DNA from: Tubulanus polymorphus
Taxonomy: Eukaryota > Animalia > Nemertea
Reading direction: 5' to 3'
Assembly (NCBI RefSeq): GCF_964204645.1
Contig: NC_134032.1
Span: 13,194,275 to 13,258,274 of the forward strand
Length of the DNA: 64,000 nt
In this document: positions 38,104-49,922 of the stretch, piece by piece
How positions within the stretch are numbered: position 1 is the first letter of the stretch
How the letters are laid out: each line of letters starts with the position of its first letter
Program-made: the position numbers and the translations under genes
Notes under the pieces: generated by a model
Databases searched by the model: none
The model's input: only the letters and a program-made list of their open reading frames with translations
Told to the model about the DNA's origin: nothing

Positions 38104-41100
38104 ATGATTTTATGCGTCGGTTCAGCTAGCTTGCGAGTTTTAAGCGTTGCGCAGGAATATCCGGACGAAGATAAATCATTAAGGTACATGTTTACACGGA
38201 CACGACAGGGGTACGCGGTAGGGGCTTGTACCGCGACAGTGTCTACTCATGATACCATGCTATATCATACTTTATTTACAGTACTACCTTACAACGTAGC
38301 ATTTGGTTTACAAAATGATGGCATCACGTTTGATTCCCAGCCAGGGACGAGGGGTCTACCAGGAAGGAGTCTCACGACGTCAATCGGGCTGCGAGGGAGG
38401 ATGGTCGGTCAACTGGGGCAGGGTTTGTACTGTGGCAGAGTCTCATGATGCCATCATGTTTGACTCCCTTAGACTACGCGTTTGCTAGGACAGAGTCTCA
38501 TAATGCCATCGGGTCCGAATCCCCGCTAAGGGAGGGCGTGTCTGCTATAGAGCAGTGGTTTATGCCGTGGTAGTGTCTATTGGAACTATACTATAAACTT
38601 AATTTACACAGTAAGTAACAACAATATACAGCATATTTGGTTTACGAAATGATACATGCACTGTGTGTTTTTGATTCCTAGTGAAGGAGGATGTGTCTGC
38701 TAGGGCAGATATCTACTAGTCGCGGTAACACGTAACAATCAGTTTCACGAAAAGGTTTAACTCTTAAATCGATTTAATTTCTTCATTAATTCAGTTTATC
38801 TTAAATCGATTTAGGCCTTAATCCCTTTTGTGGAACTGGATCCTGGTTGATAAACCTTTGAAAACCAATTTAAAACCTTTACAATTTGAAAGACCTCTTT
38901 CTTTTTCGTCTTTTTCAGAGCGTCGGAAATTAAAATCGTGAGGGGTGGAAATGCTTCGAATAACTGCACAGTTTGGTCTCTTTTGGGAGAGAAGTGCGAA
39001 TATTTCGGAACGATAGCGACTTCGGCCGAGACGAGGTCAGCATCGGACTTAGACGCGGCCCGTAATCAACTTCCTTCGCTTCGCTTCACGATATTCTAAC
39101 GCCGAAAATTTGATGTTTTCTTTCAGTTTTATAATTGAAGACTTTCACAAATACGGCATCGTTTGTGACAATTGTGTTTACCACGAGAACTGTCAGTTCC
39201 CGTTATCGATCGGTATGATCAGCTCCGACACCGGTTCCAGAACTATCGTTCACAGTAACAGGTAAAACTACGCAGGACCATCCTCGCTTGCCAGGGCCTA
39301 GTTTCACAAAAATGTTTAAATCTTAATTCGATTCAATTCCTTCATTAATTCAGTTTACCTTAAATCGATTTAGGTCTTAATCTTTTTTTTTGTGAAACTT
39401 GGTCCAGGGCCCAGTTTCACGGAAAAGTTTAACTCAAATTTTCGGTCCAATCGTTATGGGTTACTTCACGTTTTCGATGGGGACAATAATTCAAACTTAA
39501 CCGTTTTAGGCTTATACCTTTTCGTGAAACTGGGCCCAGGGTTTGGTTGCCGCCTTCCGAGCTCACGCCAGTAACATAAACCCTGGCCGCAAAGCCTCCA
39601 TTGGTCTATTACACCGCCCAAAATTTCTTGGGCGGACAAGTTGCCACTGAATGGCCACCTGAAACAATGAATAGATTTCGCACTAAATGGCTATGAAAAG
39701 CGACAGTTCCCCCGTTTATAGTATACATCATGTTTCATTCCAGAACTCTTCCGGAAGTGACGCACGCAGAATTCAAATCGCGAATCGATCTCGCTTCCGG
39801 TCGATATAGTTGGATTCATTTCGAGGTAATGAAAAAAAAAACATCGATATTCCCAATTAGATAAAAAAGGAATTCGTTTTCGATTAGTTAAAACTCATTC
39901 GCCGTCGAGGTAAGCTGTCGGCTGACAAAATATCCGATAGCTTTTGTCGAGCGCAGGTGTCAGCTGCCGTGACCGCATGACCTTATTTCCATTACATGAC
40001 GGACTGTTCAAACCTGGCTGCTTGACATTTATTCTGTACACGGTTGTTTTCTTCTTTCCCCTCTGTCAAATATTGTTTATTTCATATCCCGTGTCATATT
40101 TTAATACTTCTTGACGTCCCCTCTGACGGTGACGAGTATAAATAGATTTCAAATGAATTCTTTAAGCTTAATCAGCACGTTCTAATGCTGCCTTACACAG
40201 TCGTTTGAATGGAGAGAGAAATGGTGTATGTCTAATACTGCGTCCCGATATTCTTCGCTGTAGGGTCGTCCGGCTGAAGAGGAAATATCGCACATGTTGA
40301 AATCGATCGACGAATTCAATCGAACTCAACCCGACGAAAAACGAATAACCACATCCGTCGAACTGGAGAAAACCAGACATAAACTTGGTAAAACCAAATT
40401 CTGTTCAGTGTATAGTCAGTAAATGCCTCTAACACAACGGGAACGTCAGGGTTCATCCCCTTTCTGAGTACAGCCTTGTTTGGCTAGGGATGAATCCTTG
40501 ACACATTTCTGTACATTAATGACTGATTTATATTTGTGTGTATTTTTATTCTCCTCTGTACTTTTGTGTCTAAATAAACTTCACTTCACGTCATAATTTC
40601 TGGGCAAAATATTCGCCTGTTGAATCCTGAACGTTCATGTTAACTGTTTGGATGATGGTATTTATAAAGTATCGATTGTGCGAACGGTTCAGTATTCAGG
40701 ACAGCAGATGGATACCTGAGTAGGAAGAGATATCCCTGGAATATGATTTAAAAATACTGTTTGTTTTGCTGTATATTTCTAGGTATGGTGTTAGACAAAG
40801 CTGATTTCGTATTCATCAGTAAAGAGCACGCCGCATTCAGGGGTTATCAAACCGCCGATGAAGCTATCGACGGTTTCGCTGAACAGATCCGCGACGGGTG
40901 AGTCTTTTTTCATTGGTTTTTTCTTGCACAGTACCGGGACATCATGTAGAGGTCAACCACCTTCTGTTCAGTGGCTGTCTATCAGGGGCTCTATTCTTTG
41001 CCAAGCTAACATTAGGGGTCATTCATTTATTACGTACGCATTAGGGGAGGGGGAGGGGTCAGTGCAATTGCGTACTATTATGCTTAATATATACGAAAAA

Positions 41101-42048
41101 TGGCCGATTTTGCGTACAGAGGGGGTTGAAAAATTCAAATCTTAGGCGTACGTAATTAATGAACGATCCCCTATTGCTTGGTAGTTTCGTTTTAGAATAA
41201 CTGAATGTTCAGGAAAGGATCAATTTTTTTCTAATTTTCTTGGCCTCGGGCCTATGGCGCTCACTCATTATATAATATAATGTATATATGTACTGCCTTG
41301 CTCCGTGGCACCATGTAAGGGGTCTAGAGTCCCTCGTAACTATATGCAGTAGACTTCGCTTAAGTCGGATCTTTTGGCAGCGTAAAAATGTGTCCGCCTT
41401 GATCGGTATATCCGAGTTGATCAAATCCAACTTCCAATATCGAAATTGCATTTATGGCTTCACGATAGGTAGAACACAATATCCGTGTTGACGCGATGAG
41501 GAGAGAATCCCACAATGATAATAAAAAGTCCGAAAATGAAACTTCGAGATAGTAGTTTATTTCAACGTTTCGACTATATCCTAATAGTCATCTTCAGGAA
41601 TAAAATTTATTCCCCATTTATTCCTGAAGATGACTATTAGGATATAGTCGAAACGTTGAAATAAACTACTATCTCGAAGTTTCATTTTCGGACTTTTTAT
41701 TATCATTGTGGGATTCTCTCCTCATTTATGGCTTATGATACTATTTTTGTATAAGAATTACGTATTGTATTGTAAGCTTCATTGTTTTATAGGGCTTGTT
41801 TGGTTTGCCCGTGGGGCGACCAGGGCGCCTATTGTGTGGACTCAGATGGACGGAGATTCCGCGTTGCCGCCCATAAACCGGAGAAGCTAGTCGACACCCT
41901 CGGTGCCGGAGATACCTTCGTAGCCGCCACTATTTCCCGTCTACATCGCGGGCAGTCATTCCATCAAGCGGTGACCTTCGGGTGTCACGTGGCCGGATTC
42001 AAATGCGGAATCGTCGGTTTCGACCGAATTGAGGAACACAAAACCTAG
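38104..42048 (+). CDS. KHK: Ketohexokinase-like paralog 2; exons 38104-38183, 38919-39035, 39127-39261, 39744-39825, 40264-40387, 40783-40897, 41793-42048
   Basis: ILCVG...YPDED / RGGNASNNCTV / GSRTIVH / WIHFEGR / SVELEK / VFISKE / LVDTLGAGDTF. Internal exon lengths 117, 135, 82, 124, 115 are identical to paralog 1. Confidence 0.92.
39295..39536. mobile_element. Two adjacent PIF/Harbinger-like MITEs (39295-39404 and 39408-39536) sharing a CAG target site
   Basis: CAG|GGCCCAGTTTCACG...CGTGAAACTGGGCC|CAG. Related copy at ~38740-38862. Confidence 0.7.
41015..41172. mobile_element. MITE in KHK-2 intron 6
   Basis: GGGGTCATTCATTTATTACGTACGC ... GCGTACGTAATTAATGAACGATCCCC inverted ends. Confidence 0.7.
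41496..41725. repeat. Perfect palindrome (109-bp arms, 12-bp spacer) of Penelope-like terminal repeats
   Basis: 41496-41604 is the reverse complement of 41617-41725. Confidence 0.93.
41617..41665 (+). ncRNA. Minimal hammerhead ribozyme motif (mirror copy on minus strand at ~41556-41604)
   Basis: uuuauuc-CUGAAGA-u-gacuau-uaggau-auaguc-GAAA-CG-UU-gaaauaaa. Confidence 0.75.
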
Positions 42049-42769
42049 TCAAGCAAAGACCAGGCCTGGCATAGATTGGAGACCAGTCTAATAGTTCGGT
42101 ACTCAATCTAAAAACTTGAGACCAGTCTTAAGATTTTAGACCACTTTTAGACTTGAAGTCATGACTATGGAGCTGGGTACAGTTTCACAGTTTTGACTTC
42201 AGCCCAAAAGGTGTCTTGAATAATAAGAATGGCTTGGCTATAGAATCAAGGTGGTCCGAGTCGAGTCTTAAATCTAGGCTGACTCATCTGCAGCGGGCCC
42301 CGGACGTCTATTATCTCATTAAAAGCTCAGTTGCTCACAAAATAATCCGAAAATGTCTCAAATAATGATTACATCTTGTTCATTTTCAAATAAAACCACT
42401 ATTTTCTAGTGTATGCGAAGATATGATTTTTGCATTTGATTTGAAATTTGACTCAGCGAGCAATCTGATTGGTGCCGCAAGTTTTCGTGCAGTAAACCTG
42501 CGCACCCGCCGGTCTAGTTTTGCAGAGTTTCGTGCCGTGGCTGAGTGTAGCGATGCCATCAGTTTCGTATCCCTGCCGACAATAGAAATTCTTTCGTAAA
42601 ACCGAATCCTGAGCGTTACAGAGAGAAAAGGAATTCAAAGCTGGTTGGAATTCGTCAGTATCGCATCATCGGAAAATATAGATAACAACTGCAGAGTGAA
42701 TCAATGAAGCCACGTTACTTTATTTCAGGATTTCAAAAAGTTGAACAATTACCAGTTGAACAGAATCGG

Positions 42770-43385
42770 AAGAAACCTACTCAACTGTGGAACTATGAGG
42801 GCCAAAGTCGAATTAAACCCACTCAACTGTGGAACTAATGGGGGCCAAAGTCGAATAAAACCTCCTCAAATGTGGATCTATGAGGGCCAAAGTCGAATTA
42901 AACCCACTCAACTGTGGAACTAATGGGGGCCAAAGTCGAATTAAACCCACTCAACTGTGGAACTATGAGGGCCAAAGTCGAATTAAACCTTCTCAACTGT
43001 GGAACTGGGGGCAAAGTCGAATTAAACCTGCACAACCTGTGGAACTGGGGCCAAAGTCAAATACCATCCACATGATTGCAGAACTGGATCCAGTGTTAAA
43101 TCAAATCCACACAACTGTGGAATTGGGCCCTGAGTCAAATGAAATCCACATAACTGTGGAACCGGGTCCAGAGTAAAGATTAAACCTACACAACTGTGGA
43201 AATAAGCCCTGAGTTAAATAAAACCACACAAGTGTGAAAATGGGCCCTGAGTCAAATTAAATCCATACAATTTCAGAACCGAGTCCTGAGTTTCCTACAA
43301 AATGGAACTGGGTGTCCAGAGTCTGATTAAAACTACACACTGTGGAGGTGGAGCCAAAGTCAAATTAAATCGTGTGGAACTGTGA
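42770..43385 (+). repeat. ~39-41 bp minisatellite (…AAACCCACNCAACTGTGGAACTGGG…)
   Basis: Tandem degenerate units; inverted arrays of the same family at 45185-45465 and 45790-45940. Confidence 0.85.
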
Positions 43386-43413
43386 GTCTTCATTATTCTT
43401 CAAACTTGTCGTG

Positions 43414-46400
43414 TCAGCATGCGCCACACAGACCATCCACTATCGCGCCGTAGTATTTTTCTTTCGCCACTTTTACTTCGAAATACAACTGACCCCCTTC
43501 GTCATCGGTCAAATCGGTAGCGTGCACTTTCATCCACAAACGGCACGGTTTCACGTCGACTTCCAAATCAAGGGTTGTTCTGTTCATCGAGCCGGTTATG
43601 ACGAAACCATCTTGCACAATATACGGCAGCCTGATAATTGATGCCCGGTCCAACTTTTGCAGACAAGAATTAAAAATAATTATTAGAAAAATTGAAGTTT
43701 AATTAAACTCTTTTGAATTTTACGATTGCCTAAAATTCACTATTACGCTTTAGCCCTTTTGAACAGGTCTTGTGTTATGCACATACCAAAAACTATCACC
43801 ACTAGCCAAGTGAATTAATGCTATTGGTAAAACACAGTGATTTACATAACAGAACACATCCTGCTCCAGCAGAGGGGGGTCAAAATGGAGGGTGGACCCT
43901 CGAAATTTGTGAATACCCCGATTATATTTTATGTTACACAGGGCAACAAGTCTCCAGCGGGATTTGATCCTGATGGCATCGTGAGATTAGTTGGCATTAC
44001 TTATGAATTTGAAAATTCTATTGGTTAATTTTCGTGCTAGTAACTTCCTAATAGTGTAGCAGCCCTAAACATCGCCACAGACGAGTCGTTCATGGAATAT
44101 TTTCAGTGAATGTAATACGTACTTTTACTTTGTCGCCGTTTATCGCGAATTTTCTCATCTGATTCTGCACGTGTATTAGAAGTGAAATCCCATTCTTTGG
44201 ATAATGGACTAAAGTCGTACGACAAACGTCCGATTTCATCAGGCGGACTTTATCATCTTGTCGCAATTCGGTGACCATTCCGTCAAATGCGGTAAGCTTC
44301 TCGCCGTCCACGGTACATGTACACGTTCCTGTTTATACACAAATGTGCATGTACATTAAGAGGGTTTTTGTTTTACACAAAGATCTCAGTTTCCCCTCAC
44401 CCAGTCCTGGAATTGGGTCGTTAAAAGCGTAAGACCCGTACGCCTAATGCGATGAGATGCGGTAAGCACTCAGGGTTCGTGCTGAAGGTTACCCCGGATT
44501 GTTAATTCAACCTGACGAAGAGATGGGCGTTGAAGTGTGACCCGCACTATGTAAGCAGCCAGCAGGACTCGAACCCACTTGTCACCACTCAGCCATTGAC
44601 AGTGAATTTGTAACAGCATCACGTTTTGTCCCACTGGAACTGCTGAATCGTTTTTACGGGACGATTTGATAAGTAACGATTTATTTTGCAAAATTTACAT
44701 TTGTTGAAGTTTTATTTTAAATCACGAGTGACATGTACCTTTGAGTAATTTTATCTTGCGCTGCGGCGTGGTACTAGTACTGAATTTGGGATTGGATCCG
44801 CCTCTCAGTGCGCTTTAACTTGCTTGTCACTCATAGATCGTTTTTTAAATGTACATTTGTTGTAGTAGGTCTTTATTTATTAATGAGTGACATGTACCTT
44901 TGCTTAATTTTATCTTAGGCTGCGGCGTGGTACTAGTAGGCGACTCAGTAGTTATTTTCGTCACTTGGGGGCGCTCTTTCAAACAAGCAGTCTCGTCTGG
45001 TTCGACGCATCGACCGTCCTCGCGACGCAGGTAGCCTTTCTTACAAGAACAGCCCTCTATCGGAGCTTTCTCGCAGTTTTCGCTCGCACGCGGTTGCGAG
45101 CACGTGTTCTCACACGTCAATTTCGCGAGATATTCCTCGTCGTCACGGCAACTAATTTCTGTGTATAAATGAAAGAAAATCAATTCAACTCTGCGCCCAG
45201 TTCCACAGTTGTAATGTGCGTTTGATTCAACCCTGGATCCAGTTCCACAGTTGTGTGGGTTTGGTTCAACTCTGGACCCAGTTCTACAGTTATGCGGGTT
45301 TGATTCAACCCTGGATCCACTTTCCACAGTTATGCAGGTTTGATTCAACCCTGGATCCAGTTCCACAGTTGTGTGGGTTTGATTCAACTCTGGACCCAGT
45401 TCCACAGTTGTGTGGGTTTGATTCAACTCTGGACCCAGTTCAACAGCTGTGCGGGTTTGATTCATCCTCGCTTGCCAGGGGTCCGGTATCACTCCCGAAC
45501 TCGCTTCCACCAGCCCCCTGGCCTCACGAAGCGTGATTTCATTACTGGCGCTGTTGCGCGTGACGTCATATATCGATTTGCGAAATACTTCCTTGTTCGG
45601 TAAAACGTTCGCTGATTGGTCAATTTAACGGGAAAACCAACAGAAGTCTACTGACGGTTTGTTACAAGCGCTGTGATTGGTACGACCGGATTCTGGTCGG
45701 CTAGTAACGACTCCAACGACTCGTGAGGTCAAGGGGTTCGGGGAACAGCTTTAGCGTAGTGGGTTCGAATCCCTTGACGGGAGAAGATGGTTTGATTCAA
45801 CCCTGGACCCAGTTCCACAGCTGTGCGGGTTTGATTCGACTCTGGACCCAGTTCCACAGCTGTGCGGGTTTGATTCAACCCTGGACCCAGTTCCACAGCT
45901 GTGCGGGTTTGATTCAACTCTGGACCCAGTTCCACAGTTCTCGATACGATTGAATTCCCCGTTTAATTCTTGATGCCGGGGCCGCATTTGTGGGGTTTTT
46001 AGTTTGATCCTGATACCTACCACATCCGGTTACTTGTCGCCAATTGACTGTCACACCTTCCTCTAGACAGCGTTCGGCCACGCCCTCCACGTGTTCGCAA
46101 GCCTCTAGATGGATCTCGCGCTCATCGTCGAGTAAGCAAACGTCCATCACGCAATTTTCGATGAGTTTCATGAACAGTCGGTAGCGTTCCTCTCGCCGAA
46201 ATGAGCCGTAACACCCGCGAAACACCGATCCGGCCGATGAAAAAACGTTAAAACTGCCACAGTACGTTACGTTCTTCATATATCTAAACTTGTGGTCTTC
46301 CGGGCAAATTTCCACGTCTTCAATAGGACCCAGACATCTACAATAATATAACACCATATACTTTTGCTCGGGATAACGACATATAGTGCGAAACGTGAAT

Positions 46401-49400
46401 TATGAAAATTGTATCTAAACATGCAAATGTTCAAATGAACTACAACTCAGTTAACTAGCTGTTGGTTGTCCGTCAAATAGACTAAGTTTGCCTCGGATCT
46501 CGCGGGACCAATCAATTCTCTTCGAGGTATATTTCCACGGTTGCGAGTTAGAGTTAGCTAGTCAATGTTTTAACTAGAGTCAAATTCAACTCGGAACTGA
46601 CGAAATGGATCCAATTGCTGAAAGGTTAGTTAACGATAACCAGCGGACTGTGCTATGGATGACTCTTACCACCTGTTGAGCAATGGGCCCCGGTATTTTG
46701 TCCTGGTACTAGTCAAAATTGACTCCACGTAGGATTTGTGAAACACGAACAAGTTCGTCAATTTTTTGAGTGCCCTTTTTCATTTTGCCATCAAACAAAA
46801 CAATAGGCGCACTTCAATGCAGGAGTACGCTTGATATTACCTTGACAAGTTGCGGTGACGGTTTTACTTAGCCCAAGAACCTGGAAAATTAACTAATGGA
46901 CATCAAAGTGCCCTTTTTGGATGAGATAAGTTCTTAGAATTAGCCCCTGCAATACTCCGTCATACTAATCTTTTCCACCAAAAACCCTAGATCACTGATA
47001 TGGGGGGAGGTGGTATATCGGGGTTGACTGTAAACATTAATTACGATTCTTCGTCGGTATATGCGCCCGGGCCGTCGGTGACCAGGTAACTGTTGCCGAT
47101 ATCGTTCCAACCGCCTCTGTCGTTGACCGTCAGTTGACCTTGTTTGGTCATCAGATCGTCCGTTCTGTCCTGGTTACAGTTACCGCACATTCCCGTCATT
47201 TTACCCCCGTACACCGAGCGTCTGGCGAATACTTTAACTCGTTTGCGTCCGTCGAATGTGACGATGAAGCCGCATCGTTTCAGCGAGACGACCACCTCCT
47301 TGCGGCCTTGAATGTCGATGTCGATGCCTTTGATAAGCGTGTGACGTGATACCACGGACGATGTCAGATTCCCATCGATCTTTACCTTACGGATAAGAGA
47401 AATTTGATTATAGCCAGAAATGGTTCGGAAAATGGTCCCGATTTCGATCGAACCAGCGAAAAGATGACACTTTACAGTCGAACTCGCGGTGAAGTCGTCA
47501 TCAGTCAGTCGTCACTTCACTAAAACCTTAAGGCGGGCTTAGGTCGGCCTTGCGACGGCTTGTGACTCACTGCGACGCGATTCACTGCGACCGCCAGCGA
47601 CGATCGCATCGCAGCGACTCGCGCACCGACATACGCAACCTTGCGACGCCAGACGCAATGAGTCGCACATGTTCTACTTTTTGCGACGTGGGAGGCCGTC
47701 GCCCGGCTTTAGTGTCTTTTGGTTGCACTAGGATCGTAGAGCGAGGAAGATCACTGTGGAAACAACCACTTCTAGGACTCGTGGTGAACTCGTATCAATG
47801 TCACTGGTATATCACTATCGCGACCCCTGGTGGTGGTTCAAGCGAGCTCTTAGTACACGCAGTATACGGAACACCACGCCAGGACTGAGTGAACCGTCAC
47901 ATATGGGTTAGGATTAGAGTAAAAGGTTAGGTTTAGAGATAGGGTCACCCAGTCCTGAAAGATGTGGTTTCCAGGACTGGGTGAATGAGCAGCCAACCCG
48001 CCCCTCATCTCAGTCCACCCACCAGTCCTTGAAGTAGTTGTAACCACACAGCGATATATGACTGAGTTTGAATTCTAAGTTGCGTTTATCCCAATTCAAT
48101 TTACTAACTGTAAGTCAGCATAATGATTGTGATGTAGTGAAATTTTCAAATTGTAATTAAATTAGATACCTTTCCAAACGTGAAAGAACCAATCTGTTTC
48201 TTTTTTTACATGAAAACAATGAATGATTGAAAGAAAATGAAAGCAAATCTAATATTTCCAAAATCGCCTACCTCGGTCTTCAACCATCTGTCCAACGCTA
48301 TAGTGACTCCACGTGCGATGACGAATACTTTCTGCACATATGAAACTGGCTGTAAAAAAATTTGAAATAAAAGCAGTTAAAAGGAATTACGTTCGTACAA
48401 TATGCGGGGTGTAGACGGGTGCTCCTAATTAGAATCATGCGACCTGTGTCGAGTGTTCCAGTTAGACAATGAACAGATTGATTGATAATTCAAAGATTTG
48501 TGTTCAAGTATTTTTCCCGAAACGCTGTAGTTAGTTACCTTTTGTTTATACGTTCCCGGTCTATTCGTAACTCTTACGTCGAAGTCACACGCCGGATTAT
48601 CGATCTGCGACTCGCTCAGTGTGTAAGTGCAGCGGCCCTGGAAGTTGATTCTGCGTCCGTCGTACGTGAAATAGTGCGGGTCACCGGATGCGCGACATTC
48701 ACAGAATTCCTCTGCATCGAAAAAAATGAGAAGTTCGTTATCAATAACTAGTCATAATTTTACTGAATCGTTGAAGTCATCGGTCGAAGATGAGAAAGTA
48801 GGTTATTAGTTACTAATCATAATTTCAACGAATCGTTAAGATATTGAGAATGAGAATTAGGTCTTCATTAACAAATCATAATTCTATGTTGTTTTATCGA
48901 AAATGAGAAAGTTGTAATTTGTAAATAATCATAATAATCCGAATCATTGAGAATAAGAAGGTCGTCGTTGATAATGATATCATAATTTTACTGAATTATC
49001 AAGAATGGAAAAGGTCGTCATCTCTTGATGTAATTAATAATGAAAAGTTACTAATCAGTTTACATATTTACCAGTGAAAACACTGTTTTCTCCTTTATCC
49101 TCTTTACGTCCCCTTTTTCGACTATGCGATCTCCTTGATTTTCGAGTTTTAAGTTCAGATGTTTTGTCGTCACGATATCCGAGTCGGTGTCCCGTCAGCA
49201 ATTTTTGCGTTGCAGGGATGCCATTTTCTTTTTTCACTTCGCGTGTCACAGTACGGACTGAAAGTAGACCCCAGTCGAAGTGGACGTGGACAATTTACAG
49301 CGGGAACTCTACCTCTTGATTTAAGTAGTTTTAGTGTAAAGGCTGGATGATCGGTTTTTGAAAGCGTGCAGATAAAATCATAGACGTCTAATGTCTGCTG

Positions 49401-49856
49401 TTTGTCGCTGGTCTATGGATGAGTGGTGAGTGAACACTTGTGAAATGTGGACGATCACTTATTGAAAATGTGTCGATAAAATATGGAATGTCTGGTGTAC
49501 ATGATTTTGAGGTTAGGTCCAAAAACGCAGGTACAAGTGCTGACGATCAATATTTGGAAATATGATTTAAAAAGTGATAAATTGTGGAGAATCTTTGCAT
49601 CAATCATTGGTGGAGTATAGAGAATTTTATTTTTCATTACTTGAGGGAGCGTAGGTAGAAGTCAGCAATAAAGAAATTGATTCCTATAAATTAAGGAGAA
49701 TCATGAGACTTTCGAAAAACAACTTCACTATTGATTGACAGCTCATCAGTATCTTAATCGACTAACTGATTGAATTATACCTGCAGATATGAATTTAGGT
49801 GATGTTTTCTCAGTGAATAACAATATCAGGAATAACCAACTCAAGGCTATTTTCAT
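43414..49856 (-). CDS. Secreted VWD(GDPH)-C8-TIL-PTS-VWD protein (FCGBP/zonadhesin/BMPER-like); approximate exons 49856-49781, 49257-49072, 48711-48539, 48349-48272, 47379-47045, 46337-46019, 45159-44898, 44328-44123, 43653-43414
   Basis: Signal peptide MKIALSWLFLILLF; CRASGDPHYFTYDG..INFQGRCTY; GMCGNCN; C8 (CVMDVC...WRQVTGC); TIL (CENTC...C...EGCSCKKGY...CV); second degenerate VWD ending GLCGAC. GT-AG junctions. Confidence 0.82.
45185..45940 (-). repeat. Two intronic 39-bp minisatellite arrays (45185-45465 and 45790-45940)
   Basis: Repeated TTTGATTCAACYCTGGACCCAGTTCCACAGYTGTGYGGG. Confidence 0.88.
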
Positions 49857-49922
49857 GACTTGTCTTTCCTGAATAACATAATGAATAAATAGCGATGAGT
49901 AAAAAGATATAAAAAGGAACAC

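Noticed and set aside
42770-43385. CRISPR-like array
   Set aside because: No unique spacers, no cas genes, eukaryotic context.
42741-46023. Repetitive ORFs such as VELGPELNQTHTT and CGTGSRVESNPH
   Set aside because: Translations of the 39-bp minisatellite. Only the TIL and C8 portions bounded by splice sites are accepted as exons.
7762-49856. A functional cluster linking methyltransferases, sugar kinases and the mucin-like protein
   Set aside because: Thematically attractive (glycan and mucus chemistry), but adjacency alone is not evidence in an animal genome; needs co-expression or conserved synteny.
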